Shown here: piece after piece, positions 51,814 to 64,000 of the stretch
Layout: each line of letters starts with the position of its first letter
Numbering within the stretch: position 1 is the stretch's first letter
Assembly: GCA_017654855.1 (NCBI GenBank)
Contig: CM030332.1
Coordinates: 992,001 to 1,056,000 of the forward strand
From: Podospora anserina
Lineage: Eukaryota
Length of the DNA stretch: 64,000 bases
Reading direction: 5' to 3'
Made by a program: the position numbers and the translations under genes
The notes under the pieces: generated by a model
What the model was told of the DNA's origin: nothing
Database searches by the model: none
The model's input: only the letters and a program-made list of their open reading frames with translations

Positions 51814-54197
51814 CTAAAAAATCATCAACTCCTCCTTCGGATCTCCCCTCATCAAATCATACATCAAAATCGTGTGATCCGCATAATGCAAAATCAACCG
51901 GTACACCACCGGCCCCCTCACCATCCCAGCCGGGCATAGCTCAAGCTGCCCCTTCACCCTCGGACCCGGCACCGGCTCAGGCGAAATCGCAATCCCCACC
52001 AGCCCGCACGACGGCCTGACCTTCTTCTTCTCCTCCGCCTTGCGAGGGAGCACGCAATCAACTCTGAACCCCCTCCGCAGCGGCACCCCATCCACCACCT
52101 TGCCCGACTTCGTCAGCGTCACAAGTGCGACCCTTCCCACCTCAGACCCAAGCACCACCAGGAACAACTCTGGCACATGGAGCATCATGTGAATGCGCTC
52201 CGAGCGTATCTGGCTGAAATCATGTACTGGCTGGCCCAGCCCCGGCGCCAGAAATGTCAAAACGTGCCTGAACACCGGCCGCGCCAATGTCCTGTCAAAG
52301 GGAACAAGTTCGAGATCCGCCGCCGAGGTGCGCAGCAGAGAATAGTTCTTTGGAAGCGCCCCGAAATCGTCCACCCGTGCCAGTTCCGCCCTCTTTTGCC
52401 TGTCGTTGCAAATCCTGGACACCGATTGGTGTGTCAGCGGTGGTTTCCCCGGGTCCGGAGTCTCTCCCGACATCGGGACGATTTCTCGGCGTAACTGAAC
52501 CTCGTCGAATAAATCTTTGATCGCCGAGGACCTCGAGTTTACCGACCTGTTAAGAGCCCCCCATCGCGTGGTCGACACCGCATTGCCCATAGGAGGGTTG
52601 AGCGCCATGCTCGGAATGAGGCTGTCGTCGTCATCCGAGTCCGAGTCCCCGCTCACGCTTTCCCATTCACTCGACAAAGATGAGCTGCCCTCTTCAGAAG
52701 GAGCTGGACAACCGCCGGTAGCTAGATTATGCAGCTTTTCGTAAACGGTAGAGTTGGCGTAAGGCCTGTTTCTGATCATGTCGCCCACATTGACGGCAAG
52801 GTCCTTGACGTAGTATAGCCCACACGTGATGTCCAGGACATTGGCTTTGGGCTGGAGAATCTCCTTTGCAGTCACTCCCAATGTTTCGCGGGCACTTTTT
52901 GTCGGTTTGAAGGCACTGCCAGGAAGAACCATGACACACCATCCCCGAAGGTACCTGTGTGTTTCCGAGGTGGCTGGTATGACAACTGGCCCGGTTCCAA
53001 TTTTCCAAATGTCAAGTAGCCACACCACCCCCCAAATGTCAATAGCGGCTATCTTGTCCGCATTGCCATGCTCGTCGTCAAGAAAAGACACGCTGGGTAT
53101 GTTGTGGCCACTGATGCCAAGCGGCAAAGTAATCTTCCACGTCCTCGTCCTCGATTGGAAATGCTTCTGAAGCTGCAAGGCGGTTTGTCCCGTCCACAAC
53201 TCGGGCGACTCGTCGAGCTCATAAGCGTCATCCTCCTGGTCCTGGCGAGGGAGAGCAAACGCAAACACAGTGACCTCGTGTCTGTTGGATCCAACCGCAA
53301 TCAGGCGAGACTGCTGATGAATAGCTAGACCCCACGCCGAAAGGGTAACGTTCTCGTGAAAGAACATCCTGGGTTTTGGGGTAGATCGAGAAAAAGGCCC
53401 AGCCCCGTCCTGCTTGGGGTACGTCTTGATCCAGTGCACCAACGCGTGTGTATAGTAGGCTCCAATGTCGCCGTCGTCGCACGCAAACAGGACGATCTCC
53501 AGGTTCCCCAGATTCCCTACAATCATGTTATTGATTTGGTGAGAAAACCTCCTGTCGAGCTCTCCGGGATACAAAGCCGCGAGCTTTGTGGTGGCCGGGT
53601 GAAGAATCAGACATGGCGGCGGTAGAATTCGTGGTGCTCGCTGCGGCTGGTACACGTATATCTTGTCTTGATAGGCTGCAAAGTAGAGGTTGTATCGCTG
53701 TGACAGGGCCGTCAAATTACACCGCCCGCTAGAGCAGTGAGGAAACGAAGGCGTATTTGACGTTGTTCCTGCCTCATTTGCGTCCGCCAGCCCCAGCCCC
53801 AAGGCCTGGACCGGGCCCATCATGCTCATCAACTCGTTCGCAGACATCCCGATCAACGAAGGCAACCAACCGGTGCCGGCGGGATTGGCATTATCCGACT
53901 CGTATTCGTCCTCGTCATCGGGGTAATCATCGTCCGCGCTGTCTGCGTCGTCTTCGTCGAAATCGAAATCGTCCCCGACAGCCGCCGTGTTGAGCATGTC
54001 CACATGGGCCGTGAAACTCTCACGGATACCAGGTCCAAACTAAATGCCCATCAGCAAATATATTCGAGCTAGTGATCAATCCGAGCTTCGAGGCTCACCC
54101 TGTTCTCCGGAGTCTGGACATGGCACACCGGGTGGACGTAGACTTCCTCGTACCCCGCCTCTGTTGGTTGCTCGGTTCCTTCGGCGGCGTTCATCAT
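51814..54197 (-). CDS. CRT10: CRT10-family WD-like protein; exons 54197-54099, 54039-51814
   Basis: RCNLTALSQRYNLYFAAYQDKIYVY, ACDDGD, SAWGLAIHQQSRLIAVGSNRHEVTVFAF and HNIPSVSF. The GTGAGC...TAG intron joins the upstream ATG exon in frame. Confidence 0.8.
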
Positions 54198-54741
54198 GTC
54201 CTTGGAAGAAGATGAGAACATCGGGGTTGGTGCGTGGACATAGCTGAAGGAGACTCCAATACGGTCAGAGAGAGAAAAGTCAGAAAGCTCAAAAACTGTG
54301 GTAAGCGCAATAGGTATGTTTGATCGTTGCAGGAGCTCTGGATCGGCGGCTCGCAGGCGGGATGGGGAGCGTGGGAGGTCAGTGCCAGTCACGCTATCGA
54401 TAAGCGTTGTAGCTAGGGAGCTACTAACTAGAGTACGTCACTGCGGGCCAGCTATCCATACCTTGATGGACACAAACGCACACTGTGATGCTCTACACCC
54501 TCAAACAGAGACAAAAGCAGTTTGATAAAAATCCCATCATATAAGCATCCATAGCGCGCCTCTATGTAACCAATCTAACGCTGCCAATGGTATCAACCAC
54601 ATCTCCAGAAACCCAAAGCAAACACCCCATGCCAAGTCAAATCCGCTTCAACGCCAATACACATATACAAAGCGCTTACAACCAATTTTATACCTTCCCC
54701 CCAACTCCTAACCCAATGCTTATGTAGGAATTCCAACTTCT

Positions 54742-56052
54742 CTACTCATGCCCAATCCTCATCAACTCCGTCATATCCTTCATCCTGTAATCCAGCACCG
54801 GCGTCACCCAGTCATCCTCTACAAGGCAATACGTCTCCTTCTCATCGTCTTTTGGCTTCCTCGGGTTGATCGCCCAGTACCCAAAATCGGCATCAATACT
54901 CTTCAGATACCTCATCAAGTTCTCCCAATAATTCGCATCCCCCCTCCCGGGCTCACTCGGCGCCCCAAACTCCCCAATCCACACCGGCGCCACGTCCCCC
55001 TCGACCAAATACCCCCAATTGCTCCTCATAGACGCAACAAAACTCGGGTACGTTCTCTTGGAGTACCTCCCTTCAAGGCTCCCCCACCCGCTCCAAGAAT
55101 ACACATGCGCCGAATACACCACTCTATCCTCCACCTCCAACCTCACTGGCCTAGTCCTCGCCCCCCTCAAATCATTCCCGCTCTCCGTTCCCCCAACAAT
55201 AATCAACCAATCCTTCTTCATTTTCAGCAGTCTGTTCCCCGCCTTTTCCGCCGCACTAGCCCACCGATCCCAAGGCATAGTCCCCCAAACCCCCCTAACC
55301 TCATTCCTCAGATCCGCCCCAATCACCAGCTCATTCCCCGCCAACCTCCCCATCACCGTCTCCCAGTTCCGAATCCAATCCTCCTCCGTCTGCCTCACCT
55401 TGCAAACCACCCCCGGCAACCAATCATTGCTCCAGCTGGCATCGCAAGGATCCGCCCCGCAGCACCAAGTCGCAGTCGTAATGTGATCATTCACAATCAC
55501 CGCGATCCCCTCCTCCGTCAGCGCCTCCACACAAGCCACAAACACGTCCAGCGCCCTCTTCTCCATCAAGTCCGGATTCTTAGCCAGCAGGTGCGGCAAA
55601 ATAGTCGGGTTCTTGACAACCATCTCGTCGCTGTAGGGCATCCGGACAGAATTGAACCCCAGCCTTTTGATTGTTTTTGCTATTGCTTTGCGGTGTTGAA
55701 TGTCCAGCCCGCCGGGGATGAACAACTCATCCGAGGCGCCGTACCAGTTCACGCTCGACAGCTTGAATCGCTTGCCGTTTTGGTCGACAATGTTGCGGCC
55801 TTGGGTTTTGAGGGGGAGGGCATAGTTTGATAGTGGTTGGGACTCGGTTTCTTTGGAGGCGGTGGTGGTAGAAGAAGACAAGAACGAAGCTTCGATGGGT
55901 GCGGGGAGGGGTCGTTGGCTGAACAGACGGGCGTCGGGGGAGGGTGTCCAGGGGATGGCGAGGGCGGCTTCGGCGCGCCAGAGGTGGAAGAAGTATGTCC
56001 CCAGGATGAGGATGGATAATAGTGTGAGGAACATTGGTGGCGGTCGGGACAT
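54742..56052 (-). CDS. Glycoside hydrolase family 5 protein with signal/anchor sequence (an in-frame upstream ATG exists at 56292)
   Basis: VNWYG, LGFNSVRMPYS, WCCG, acid/base LRNEVR, YSAHVY, nucleophile WIGEFG and FGYWA. Hydrophobic N-terminal segment MFLTLLSILILGTYFF. Confidence 0.9.
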   Translation of the reverse strand: MSRPPPMFLTLLSILILGTYFFHLWRAEAALAIPWTPSPDARLFSQRPLPAPIEASFLSSSTTTASKETESQPLSNYALPLKTQGRNIVDQNGKRFKLSSVNWYGASDELFIPGGLDIQHRKAIAKTIKRLGFNSVRMPYSDEMVVKNPTILPHLLAKNPDLMEKRALDVFVACVEALTEEGIAVIVNDHITTATWCCGADPCDASWSNDWLPGVVCKVRQTEEDWIRNWETVMGRLAGNELVIGADLRNEVRGVWGTMPWDRWASAAEKAGNRLLKMKKDWLIIVGGTESGNDLRGARTRPVRLEVEDRVVYSAHVYSWSGWGSLEGRYSKRTYPSFVASMRSNWGYLVEGDVAPVWIGEFGAPSEPGRGDANYWENLMRYLKSIDADFGYWAINPRKPKDDEKETYCLVEDDWVTPVLDYRMKDMTELMRIGHE

Positions 56053-56119
56053 GAGGGTTCGGCGTTGGTTTGGAGGCGGAATCAGTGGAAGGGGAAGGAG
56101 GGAGGGCTTTGAAGTGGCC

Positions 56120-56149
56120 GTTGTTGTTGTTGTTGTTGTTGTTGTTGTT
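56120..56149. repeat. (GTT)10 microsatellite upstream of, or within the extended N-terminus of, the GH5 gene
   Basis: Read directly; reads as poly-Thr in the GH5 frame. Confidence 0.9.
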
Positions 56150-57437
56150 GGTAGCTGTCGTGATTTGGTTGGGTGGTGGGAGTGAGGTGAGTAAGCTGTG
56201 TAAGCAATTGATCCAAAGAAGTCAATGGTGTAAATTCTCCGTGTCTGCGTCTGCGCCGCCGCTCGGATGGGGGAGAGACCGTCGGTATGCATATACAACG
56301 CGGTTAAGTGCCGAGTTGAGTGTCTTGTTGCCCAATGGTATTAGTCGAATATCAGCCTCTTGTGATGTTTGAATACGCCATAATATCCCAAACAAGGCAA
56401 GACAACCAAAACAATGTAGAGTGCGGCTGTTGGACCAAGTCTATAAGCAGCCGACGCGGATGCCCCGGGAGTTGGGAATCTCAGCACACAAGTCAGGTTC
56501 GTCGCCAGAATCGGAACGAAGCAAGATCAGAGAAAAGGGGGAAGCTGTTTCTGAAGGCGAGGCCCGCGCTGAGCGAGAACCGGGAAGGCTGTCGCTGGCC
56601 TCTCGAGGTGAGGAGGCCACGACACAAGCGACGACCGTGGAGGGGAGCTGGATGGTCCATTCACAAGCTGCAGGGTCTCTCGACACGGCAGGTTTTCCCT
56701 GTCCAGCAGCCGCTTTCACCAGGCGGGAGTTGCCCGCACCGGCGCCCACCCACCAGGCCCACAGCTGACAGGGCTGCAGCAGCTCAAGCGCAAGCAGCCG
56801 TTTTGGCATTCTTGGCGCACCCTCTTTCCAGGATTTCCCCGCAAACAGCATTACCTTTCCTTGATAGGAGCGTTGCTTTTCAAGAAACAGCGTAGCACAA
56901 GTCCAGTTCTGTCAACGTGATGGCACGAGGTTCTGATAATGATGATGATGGCGATATCCTCAAGTTCAGATGTCGTGATGTTCGGCGGTAGCGAGTCAGT
57001 CACTCTCTTTGGTCTTCCCCCCCCGAGCGACTCAATCATTCCGTAATACACCTCTCAAATATAGATACTGCCTTCTCCCCCTCCCCTCTATCCCCTCACA
57101 CATCCTTGGGACCCATCTTTACAGCACTTGCAAATCCATTGTACACAAATAACCTAGGTTTGCTCTTTCAGCATTGGCGGCAACTCATGGTCCGTCGCCC
57201 AGTCGATTCTCCTCTATCTGGCAAGTATTGTACAATAATTGATGCAAGAATGGCGGTTCTGGCACGCGTATATGTCCGCAAAAAGGATTGTGCTAAATAT
57301 GTGTAGTGAATTGAACCCGGGTATCCTTCATTTCCCAACCCTCCTCCCTCCTCTTTAGTTTTTGAATATTAAGTAAGGTCAAGAATATATTTTAATGATT
57401 GATTTTTTTTATTTTGGCGTTGCGTTCGTCATCATCT

Positions 57438-59210
57438 TCATAACCTGTTCATGCCCAATGGGTTGACATAGTTGTTTGGGTTGCCGTCTTGGGAATAGAC
57501 CCCTGGTGATTGTCCCCGAGCATATGTCTCTGTGGGATCCCAAGTCACCGTCGCTTGTTGCGGTTGTTGTGGTGGGCGTGGCGAGGAGAATGATCTCGCT
57601 GGCGTGTGATATCTCTGCGTTTGACCGAAAAAGTCGGGCGTACGACGACCGCTCTCGGGGTCTTGGTTATGGCTGTGCATGGTAGGGCTCCCCATTCCTG
57701 ATCTGGCCAGCGTGGGGGAGATCGGAGTCACTACGGAGGGTGTTACTGATTGTTCCATGACCTTCCCGGAATCGTCCCGGGATAGCATCTCGTACGAACG
57801 TGTATCTTTCTTCAGGTCGTCGAGCCGCGCATCGACTGAAACAAACTCTCTCTTGCTCCGGCTAGGGGAAGAGATCAACAAATCACGCCAGCCCGTAATC
57901 ATGGACCAGCGGCCGAGGAGGAGACAAAGCCAAATGCCGTTCATCTAAAGAACAAACCCGTGTTAGTAAAAGTGTGACCTTCGTGTGACAAACAGGGTGG
58001 TTAGGAAATTTACCCCGAGAAGGAAAAGAACAGCGCCAACAGTTGGCATATTGACCACCAGGGCACTTGCAAGCTCCAGGCAGGGCTCCTTATCCCCACC
58101 GTTCGCGAGCAAGCAGAGAGCCCAAGGACGAGCAATGGTGCTGTCATTCTTGACAGCCTCGACAGTGTTGTCTTGGAAAACGAAAACGACGGAAAAGAAA
58201 ATGACATCGGCGATGATGATCAAGACGATAGCGATACCTCTCCACTGCAGCGCAATCACGCGGCGTACGCGACGATAGGCCTGCTTAGGAGTCATGGTCC
58301 GGATGCTGTTGGTGTAGGATGGCATGTTGGAGCCCTCGGTTGAAGCGCTGTTATCGGCCAACGATGCGAGGTAAACCTTGATGCAGTAGCCGAATGTCGC
58401 GAACTGAATGATAATTGTCAGGCCGGAGAAGACCAGAAGCGGGATCCAGAGATCGGCAAGACTGTTCTTGTGGTTGATATGGCAGGTCTGTCCGAATCGG
58501 AACGACACACCGCTCAAGAGGAAGGCGAGAACAACGCCCACACCAGGGAGGCCCCAGCCGACAACCTGAGCAAACCACATAAAGTTGCGTCCCACAACAA
58601 GCTGCCAGCAAATCTGAAGGTGCAGGGAGAGCGCGCGCAAGAAGACCCAAAGTACACCTGCCCATCCTCCCAGGATAATAAACATGCCGGATGCCGCGCA
58701 GACTGAGCTCGTCTTCATCGAGTTGGGTGTAATTGCGTCGAAACATTGTTCGGGCTGGGCTGCCAGAGGGATAACGAACCCAAGCTATCAAGGTCATCAG
58801 CATGTTGACCCAAAATCAGCTTGCAACAGCGGCCGACCTACATTCATAAACACCACTGCCGTGGTCAAGGAGATACTGAGATAATGCCGGAAAGTCTTTT
58901 CAACCGGCAGCACAGCCCAAGAGAGCAGGAGGAAGACGCAGCCAACTGTGCTCACGACCGACACCCAGTTGGCCGCTTCACTCATCGTCTCGAAGGTGTC
59001 TGGGTAGGCCCATTGTGTCATGGGGCACGGTAAGCAGCACGTTGCGTCTAAGTATGGTTGGCACACTCTGCCCTCAATAACTGCACAGGCACGAGATTAG
59101 CAACGTCAGCAAGTCCACCGAGGACAAAGCCGTGACTTACAGCCGCCATTATCAAAACCCGCGACGTTCAAGAATGGCTTTGGACATTCAACCTCTGTTC
59201 CGTTCGACAT
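57438..59210 (-). CDS. Seven-transmembrane GPCR-like receptor (Frizzled/secretin-like fungal class); exons 59210-59141, 59080-58842, 58784-58014, 57944-57438
   Basis: Cys-rich N-terminus (CPKPFL...CCLPCP), FLLLSWAVLPVEKT, LHLQICW, GVSFRFGQTCHINH and LQWRGI. About 7 hydrophobic helices and a Ser/Pro-rich tail. Three canonical introns. Confidence 0.85.
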
Positions 59211-62200
59211 CTTGGCGTCTCTCTGAATGACCGACGTTGTCGGTACTCCACGTGTATTCCACAATCCGATCCACCCACTTTCAGTCAATATCCCCCGATC
59301 CAGATGGCCGGGATGATATGAGATGTCGATCGTTCAACCTCCAGACTGGGATTCCTAGTTTCGATTCCAGCACAAGTCGAATCCTCCAGTCGACTATTCG
59401 GCCACGTGAGTCGGTGGAAGCTATGGTGATATGGGCGCGCGGATGCAGATCTAAGAATCCATTCGAGCTCGGAATCCAGTCCTAAATGTTTCGGTTCGGT
59501 TGCTATATGGCGGTACGAGGACGTCGGTCTCGGTAAAACAGATCAAGGTGGAACGTGGCGCAAGGAAGTACCACGGCAAGATTGTAAGGGCCCAACGTGG
59601 TCTGAACTGGGGAAAAAGGATTGTTCGTTGGGATGGGCAAAGGAAGGGGAAAAGAGAAGAGCAAAGTCACCAGAGAGCAAGGTGACTGGCCGGGTCGCGT
59701 CGGGGTGTGGGACATATGTACATTGGGGGACGAGCGGTTCTCCTGGTCTCCCGGTGTCGAGATGTGCGACTGGGTCTTGGGTAGCATCGAGACGCAGCAA
59801 GAGTCTGGAAGTCCACACGAGAGGGTGACCTCGGCCAGGTTGGCCGCCGTGGACTAGCGGGGCGTTGTTCCATGAAGCTGATCGAGGGTCATCGCCCTGC
59901 CGCTCCGTCCAAAAGGTGCATCTGCCCCGAAGTGGCATCCGAAAGCACGGCCTCTCATTGGGGGAGGACGAGGGTTTTCTCGTGGATAACCGGGGGAGGA
60001 GGGTCCAGTTGCGATGGAGGGGCCGAGAGGGGGAGGGTGTGGATTAGTGTATTAGCCAGGGGGGGCAAAAGCCTGGGCGTATGGGCGTGCAGAAAGGACC
60101 GGCTGCTTCGAAGTCAAGCCACAGCCATGTCCCTGGCTGCCTGGATACCCAGCCGACCCGCATTCTGGACAGGGGCTGATGGCAGGGGTCCATCTCCACT
60201 CCCTCTTCCATTCCGCTTCCCACAGTTGCCCAATTAAGCAAGTGGGAAGAGCTCTCCATGAATAGAGACGGGACAACGGAATACGTGTTGTGGTAAAAGA
60301 GGCCAGAGAAAAGAACTAATTGAGAGACGAGTGCAGTGTGAGCCGAAGACGGACATATACTACATGATAATCATGACACCTAGCTGTACGATCGCTGCCT
60401 CAGTGGCTGATGACCTGAGATTCGGCCGAGGAGGCCGTTGACTGCCAGCGCCGATGACTGAAGCCCACGACCGTTGTGGGGGCTGAAAGTCAGGTTGAAC
60501 AAACTCGAGATGTCTCAATCATCTCCCAGCCAAGTCTCGCACTTCAACGCTTGGCTTTCTCTGTCAAAACTGCCAACTGCATATCTTGAGATCAGGGTGT
60601 GGAGCGAAATATATTGCGGATTGGGCGTGTGAGAAACAGCTCCATCCTCGCCGTTTTACTGTCGGTGGCCGGGTGGAGTGAATCGATCCTTCCCCGCGGT
60701 GAGCAACGTATCGGACCTCTCCGATCCACCCAAGGTCCAGAAAGTCTCTTCATTGTGCCACTGACGCGCTCAGGAAGCCAGAGGCTGCGCATTCTGTGTA
60801 CCCAATCCGCATCAGTCGTGATGGCCTCAGGGACTGGGCAGTCGCAGACGCCCCATTCCGTACCGACAGCCGGCATATAAAGAGTTCGGTGCTTACAGTC
60901 AGTCTTTGTAGAGGACGGGAGTTGGTTTCTACAAATCTACCAACCACATTTACGCCACGATCCCGTCTCATGTTGTACATACGGGGGCTGCGCCGCATCT
61001 TTTTATTCTCGCGGGAGGCGGAAACATCCTCACTTCTGCAAAAGGTCTTCACCGTGACAGCCGTCGGTGAAGCCCTAGCGGACCTCGTGTTGGCTTGTTC
61101 TGCACGAAATCGTCGTTCATGCAGGTGCCATGGGCGGCTGGAAGCGACACGCACCACCGTTCGACAGCCAAGAATGCTCAAGACCTTCGCTTCCATTGTT
61201 CCAAACCCTCCCACTACTGCATTTTCTGAGAATAGCTTCAGTGTAATTTCATTATGCGACTTTTGATTAACAACAGATTGAAATTCAGGCACCGCCAGCA
61301 TCAGCTATACAACCAAACCCAGACGTGCCAGACTGTTGCAATTCTGACATCGGGACAGAAGCAACTTGGTTGATGATCCGTTAGCCGGGAGAGTTGCTTT
61401 TTTCATCGTGAACCCTCCCCAGCGGAGAGAAAGTCGCCGCTGAACCTGGACTGCCACGAGACGTCCATAACCATCGCGTCTTGGCTGAGAAAGTGTTGTA
61501 GGGCATTGGAAGAACAGGGTGCGTCTGGATTCATGCACACTGTGAAATTTCAAAAAGGATCACTCTTGACCAATCCGGGCAGTCGCTATTGCGCTCAGAC
61601 AGTTCGGCTATGCCTGCCGGGCAGGAACCTACAGTATTCAACTTCTTGACTGGCCTGAAGAACTTGGCGATTGCACCATTCAGGAGCTCTTGTTTTATCC
61701 TCAAGATGATGACCCGGTTTTCTGTCCCCAGGACCCCATAACGACGAAGCTGGTAAACGGCTGACAAGACGGCAGAGAACGCATTTCATAGGCCACATTA
61801 TGTCCAGAAATCCCACCGACTGGTTTCCGTCTCAGCATTTCGCAGATCTTACTTGCATTTTTCGTTGGGTTGGAATCGCATCATGTCCGCACAAGAGGGT
61901 GTGGTCCGTTGCGGGTAGTCCACACCACCATTTCCTAACTTGTACGCAAATGGGATTGGCTGATTTACTCGCTTCCCCAGGTGTGTCCTGAAGTCCCGTC
62001 TTCACACAGCCCTCAACCCCAGCATTGCATTCTCCCGAAATTATGTCTGTTCCTTCGATGCGAAAAAAGGGCACTCGATAGTGCTTAGGAAGTCTAGGCT
62101 CGAGGATAGATCAGGGCAATTCCAACATTTGTGCAGGGCATGGCCAACCCTCAATCGCAGGCGACCGTTGACGCCAACAACCCAGCCAAGCCTTCTCAAG

Positions 62201-64000
62201 ACATTATCATCGTGTGTTCGTCAGGTTCAACGGCCAACAAGCACCAAACTTAAAAATGACGTTGTCGGCTATCCAGCCAGATCATGGACCACATACACGG
62301 AGGGCAACATCCTCCCATAGGCCGGTTCTGCCCGCCTCTGTCACAGAGACCACCCGGCAGAACTGTCCCAATCATCACAGGATTTGCCGTCCCGCCAGCA
62401 TGGCCCTTCCCCCGTTCCCCACAGGTCGCCCTGAAAGCTCAGAAGTCATGGGACTTGAGCCACGGCGCGTACAATACCAGCCGAACGAAACCACGTTTTC
62501 ATTTTTTGAGACTACCTACCTTACCACGACGCCGATTATCACTCTCGTCATCAGTTTCACAACAACTTCTGTTCGTTTCACCCCAAAGCTGATGTCACAC
62601 TGTGAAAAGGTTACCGTGGGAGCGTGGCCATCGGCCCGGCAAAGGCTGCTGGATGTTACAAGACGGCATATCTCCAAGACCTTTCTGACATCCAACATAC
62701 GTAGTGCAGTCAGGTCCCAACCACTCGGTACCTAATTTGTGGGCTTCGTGAGGCCAAAAATGCCTTGTCCAAATGAAGCAAACACCGCTGTTGGGCGATA
62801 CAAATCGGCATGAAAGTCAAAGATGCACTTCATACTTTCGCTAGCAGACCTGGCCGTTTAGGTTGACGGCGAGGACCAACTACCGAGCAGTGAAGACAAG
62901 GCGGTGCCTGCATATCATGGTACGAACCACTCGTGATCCTCAGCACCAGAACCACAAGTCTGTGGCGATTGGAAAACGGCAGTTGCGCACCCAACCAAAC
63001 CCCCAAAAACCAGTCACCTTCAACATACGAGGCCATTCCGAACGGGCCAGGGCGGGCCGGACTCATCGACAGGCGGTTTTTAGCCCGCCTCCTGAGTTTG
63101 ACGCCCTCATGCTCTCACGCCCTCCCCGAGCCTCCTTGACCGAGCAATAATTCCCTCTCATTCATACAGCCACCACCAGAGCAGCTGCCTGCATATTGTT
63201 GATTCTTGGTCCCCGAGGCCAAACTCTGGGCAGTCTTCACATTCACCGTCCACAATCTTCTCATCACAACATGTGCTCCCCCAAACCTCGGTCCAAATGT
63301 CAAAATATTGTTTTCCTCCTCGCAAGCCCCTCACAGCTAGCCACACCACGCCTGCGCCCCTGATGTATGGCGACGTACCTTGACGAATCTGGGTGTGGAT
63401 AAGTGCCATCATTTTCTAGGTGAGGTTCTAGAATTCAACTTGTTCAAAGACCAAGAGCCAGGGCTGGACGGCAGCTAACTTGTTCAGAGCAAACCCCGCT
63501 GTCCTCCCCGACCCCAAGAATTTTGATGCGCCTTTGGTGGGTCGCTGACAATGACCGTGGCTCGGTCAACTTTTTGGAGGGGAAAAATGCGATTCTTGTT
63601 GGTGGTGACAGGTGGAGGGGAGGGGCTGGGCCGAGGAGAGTCCGACTCATTGGTTCACCTACCTGATTAGGAAGGTCAGCTAACAGCAGCAGCAAGCCAC
63701 TCGCGACATTCTCTTTTTTAATTATTCTTCACAGGTTCCAAAAAACGCCACTATCATCCGCTCAAGCCATATCTTATCACGATTCCCACTGTTGCATTTT
63801 GCTCAACGGTGGTGAGGTGATGATAGTCCTCCGCGGTGAATGAAGGTGGTGTAATTCCGATCGTCCGGTTTATGTCTTGGGGACAATAAAAGTCAAACAG
63901 ACCGTTGGTGCGCTTGTCATCATGAACCATATGAGGGCACAGAAGTCTTTTTTTTTCTTTTCTGCATGGTTCATACGACACAGTGTTTGGTTACAGTGCG

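Noticed and set aside
17652-55830. Antisense ORFs of 300-390 aa (17652-18818, 22292-23245, 41252-42322, 54748-55830)
   Set aside because: Each mirrors a well-supported gene on the opposite strand and has no domain signature.

Overview
Gene-dense, intron-containing euchromatic DNA from a filamentous ascomycete (Sordariales). It is most likely Podospora anserina or a close relative, inferred from a 554-aa PEX2/car1 with a long acidic tail, short introns with CTRAC/CTRAT branch points and the codon style. I reconstructed 20 protein-coding genes by hand, including exon boundaries: an F-box-like gene running off the left edge, SSB-type Hsp70, eIF4E, an ACSF3/MatB-like acyl-CoA synthetase, BolA, a probable OB-fold-less TPP1/Est3-like protein, FAB1, importin-11/KAP120, a 3-hydroxyacyl-CoA dehydrogenase fused to a YWTD-like propeller, PEX2, an uncharacterised polytopic membrane protein, a SWIM-finger protein, CDC14, PCC1, an RS-domain WDR5/Swd3-like protein, ISC1, a phytase-like phosphatase, CRT10, a GH5 hydrolase and a GPCR-like protein. 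I could not support any tRNA, rRNA, CRISPR array or intact transposon. The most striking unexplained signal is a repeated, sharp switch from C/A-rich to G/T-rich sequence on the + strand. It occurs at about 9 loci, always with the same polarity, regardless of gene strand or position in the gene, and it reaches synonymous sites and UTRs. Other oddities: a very weak GTCGCC splice donor in SSB, a GC-AG intron, a minimal uORF overlapping the PEX2 start, several head-to-head gene pairs with plausible functional links, and a CpG-free patch.
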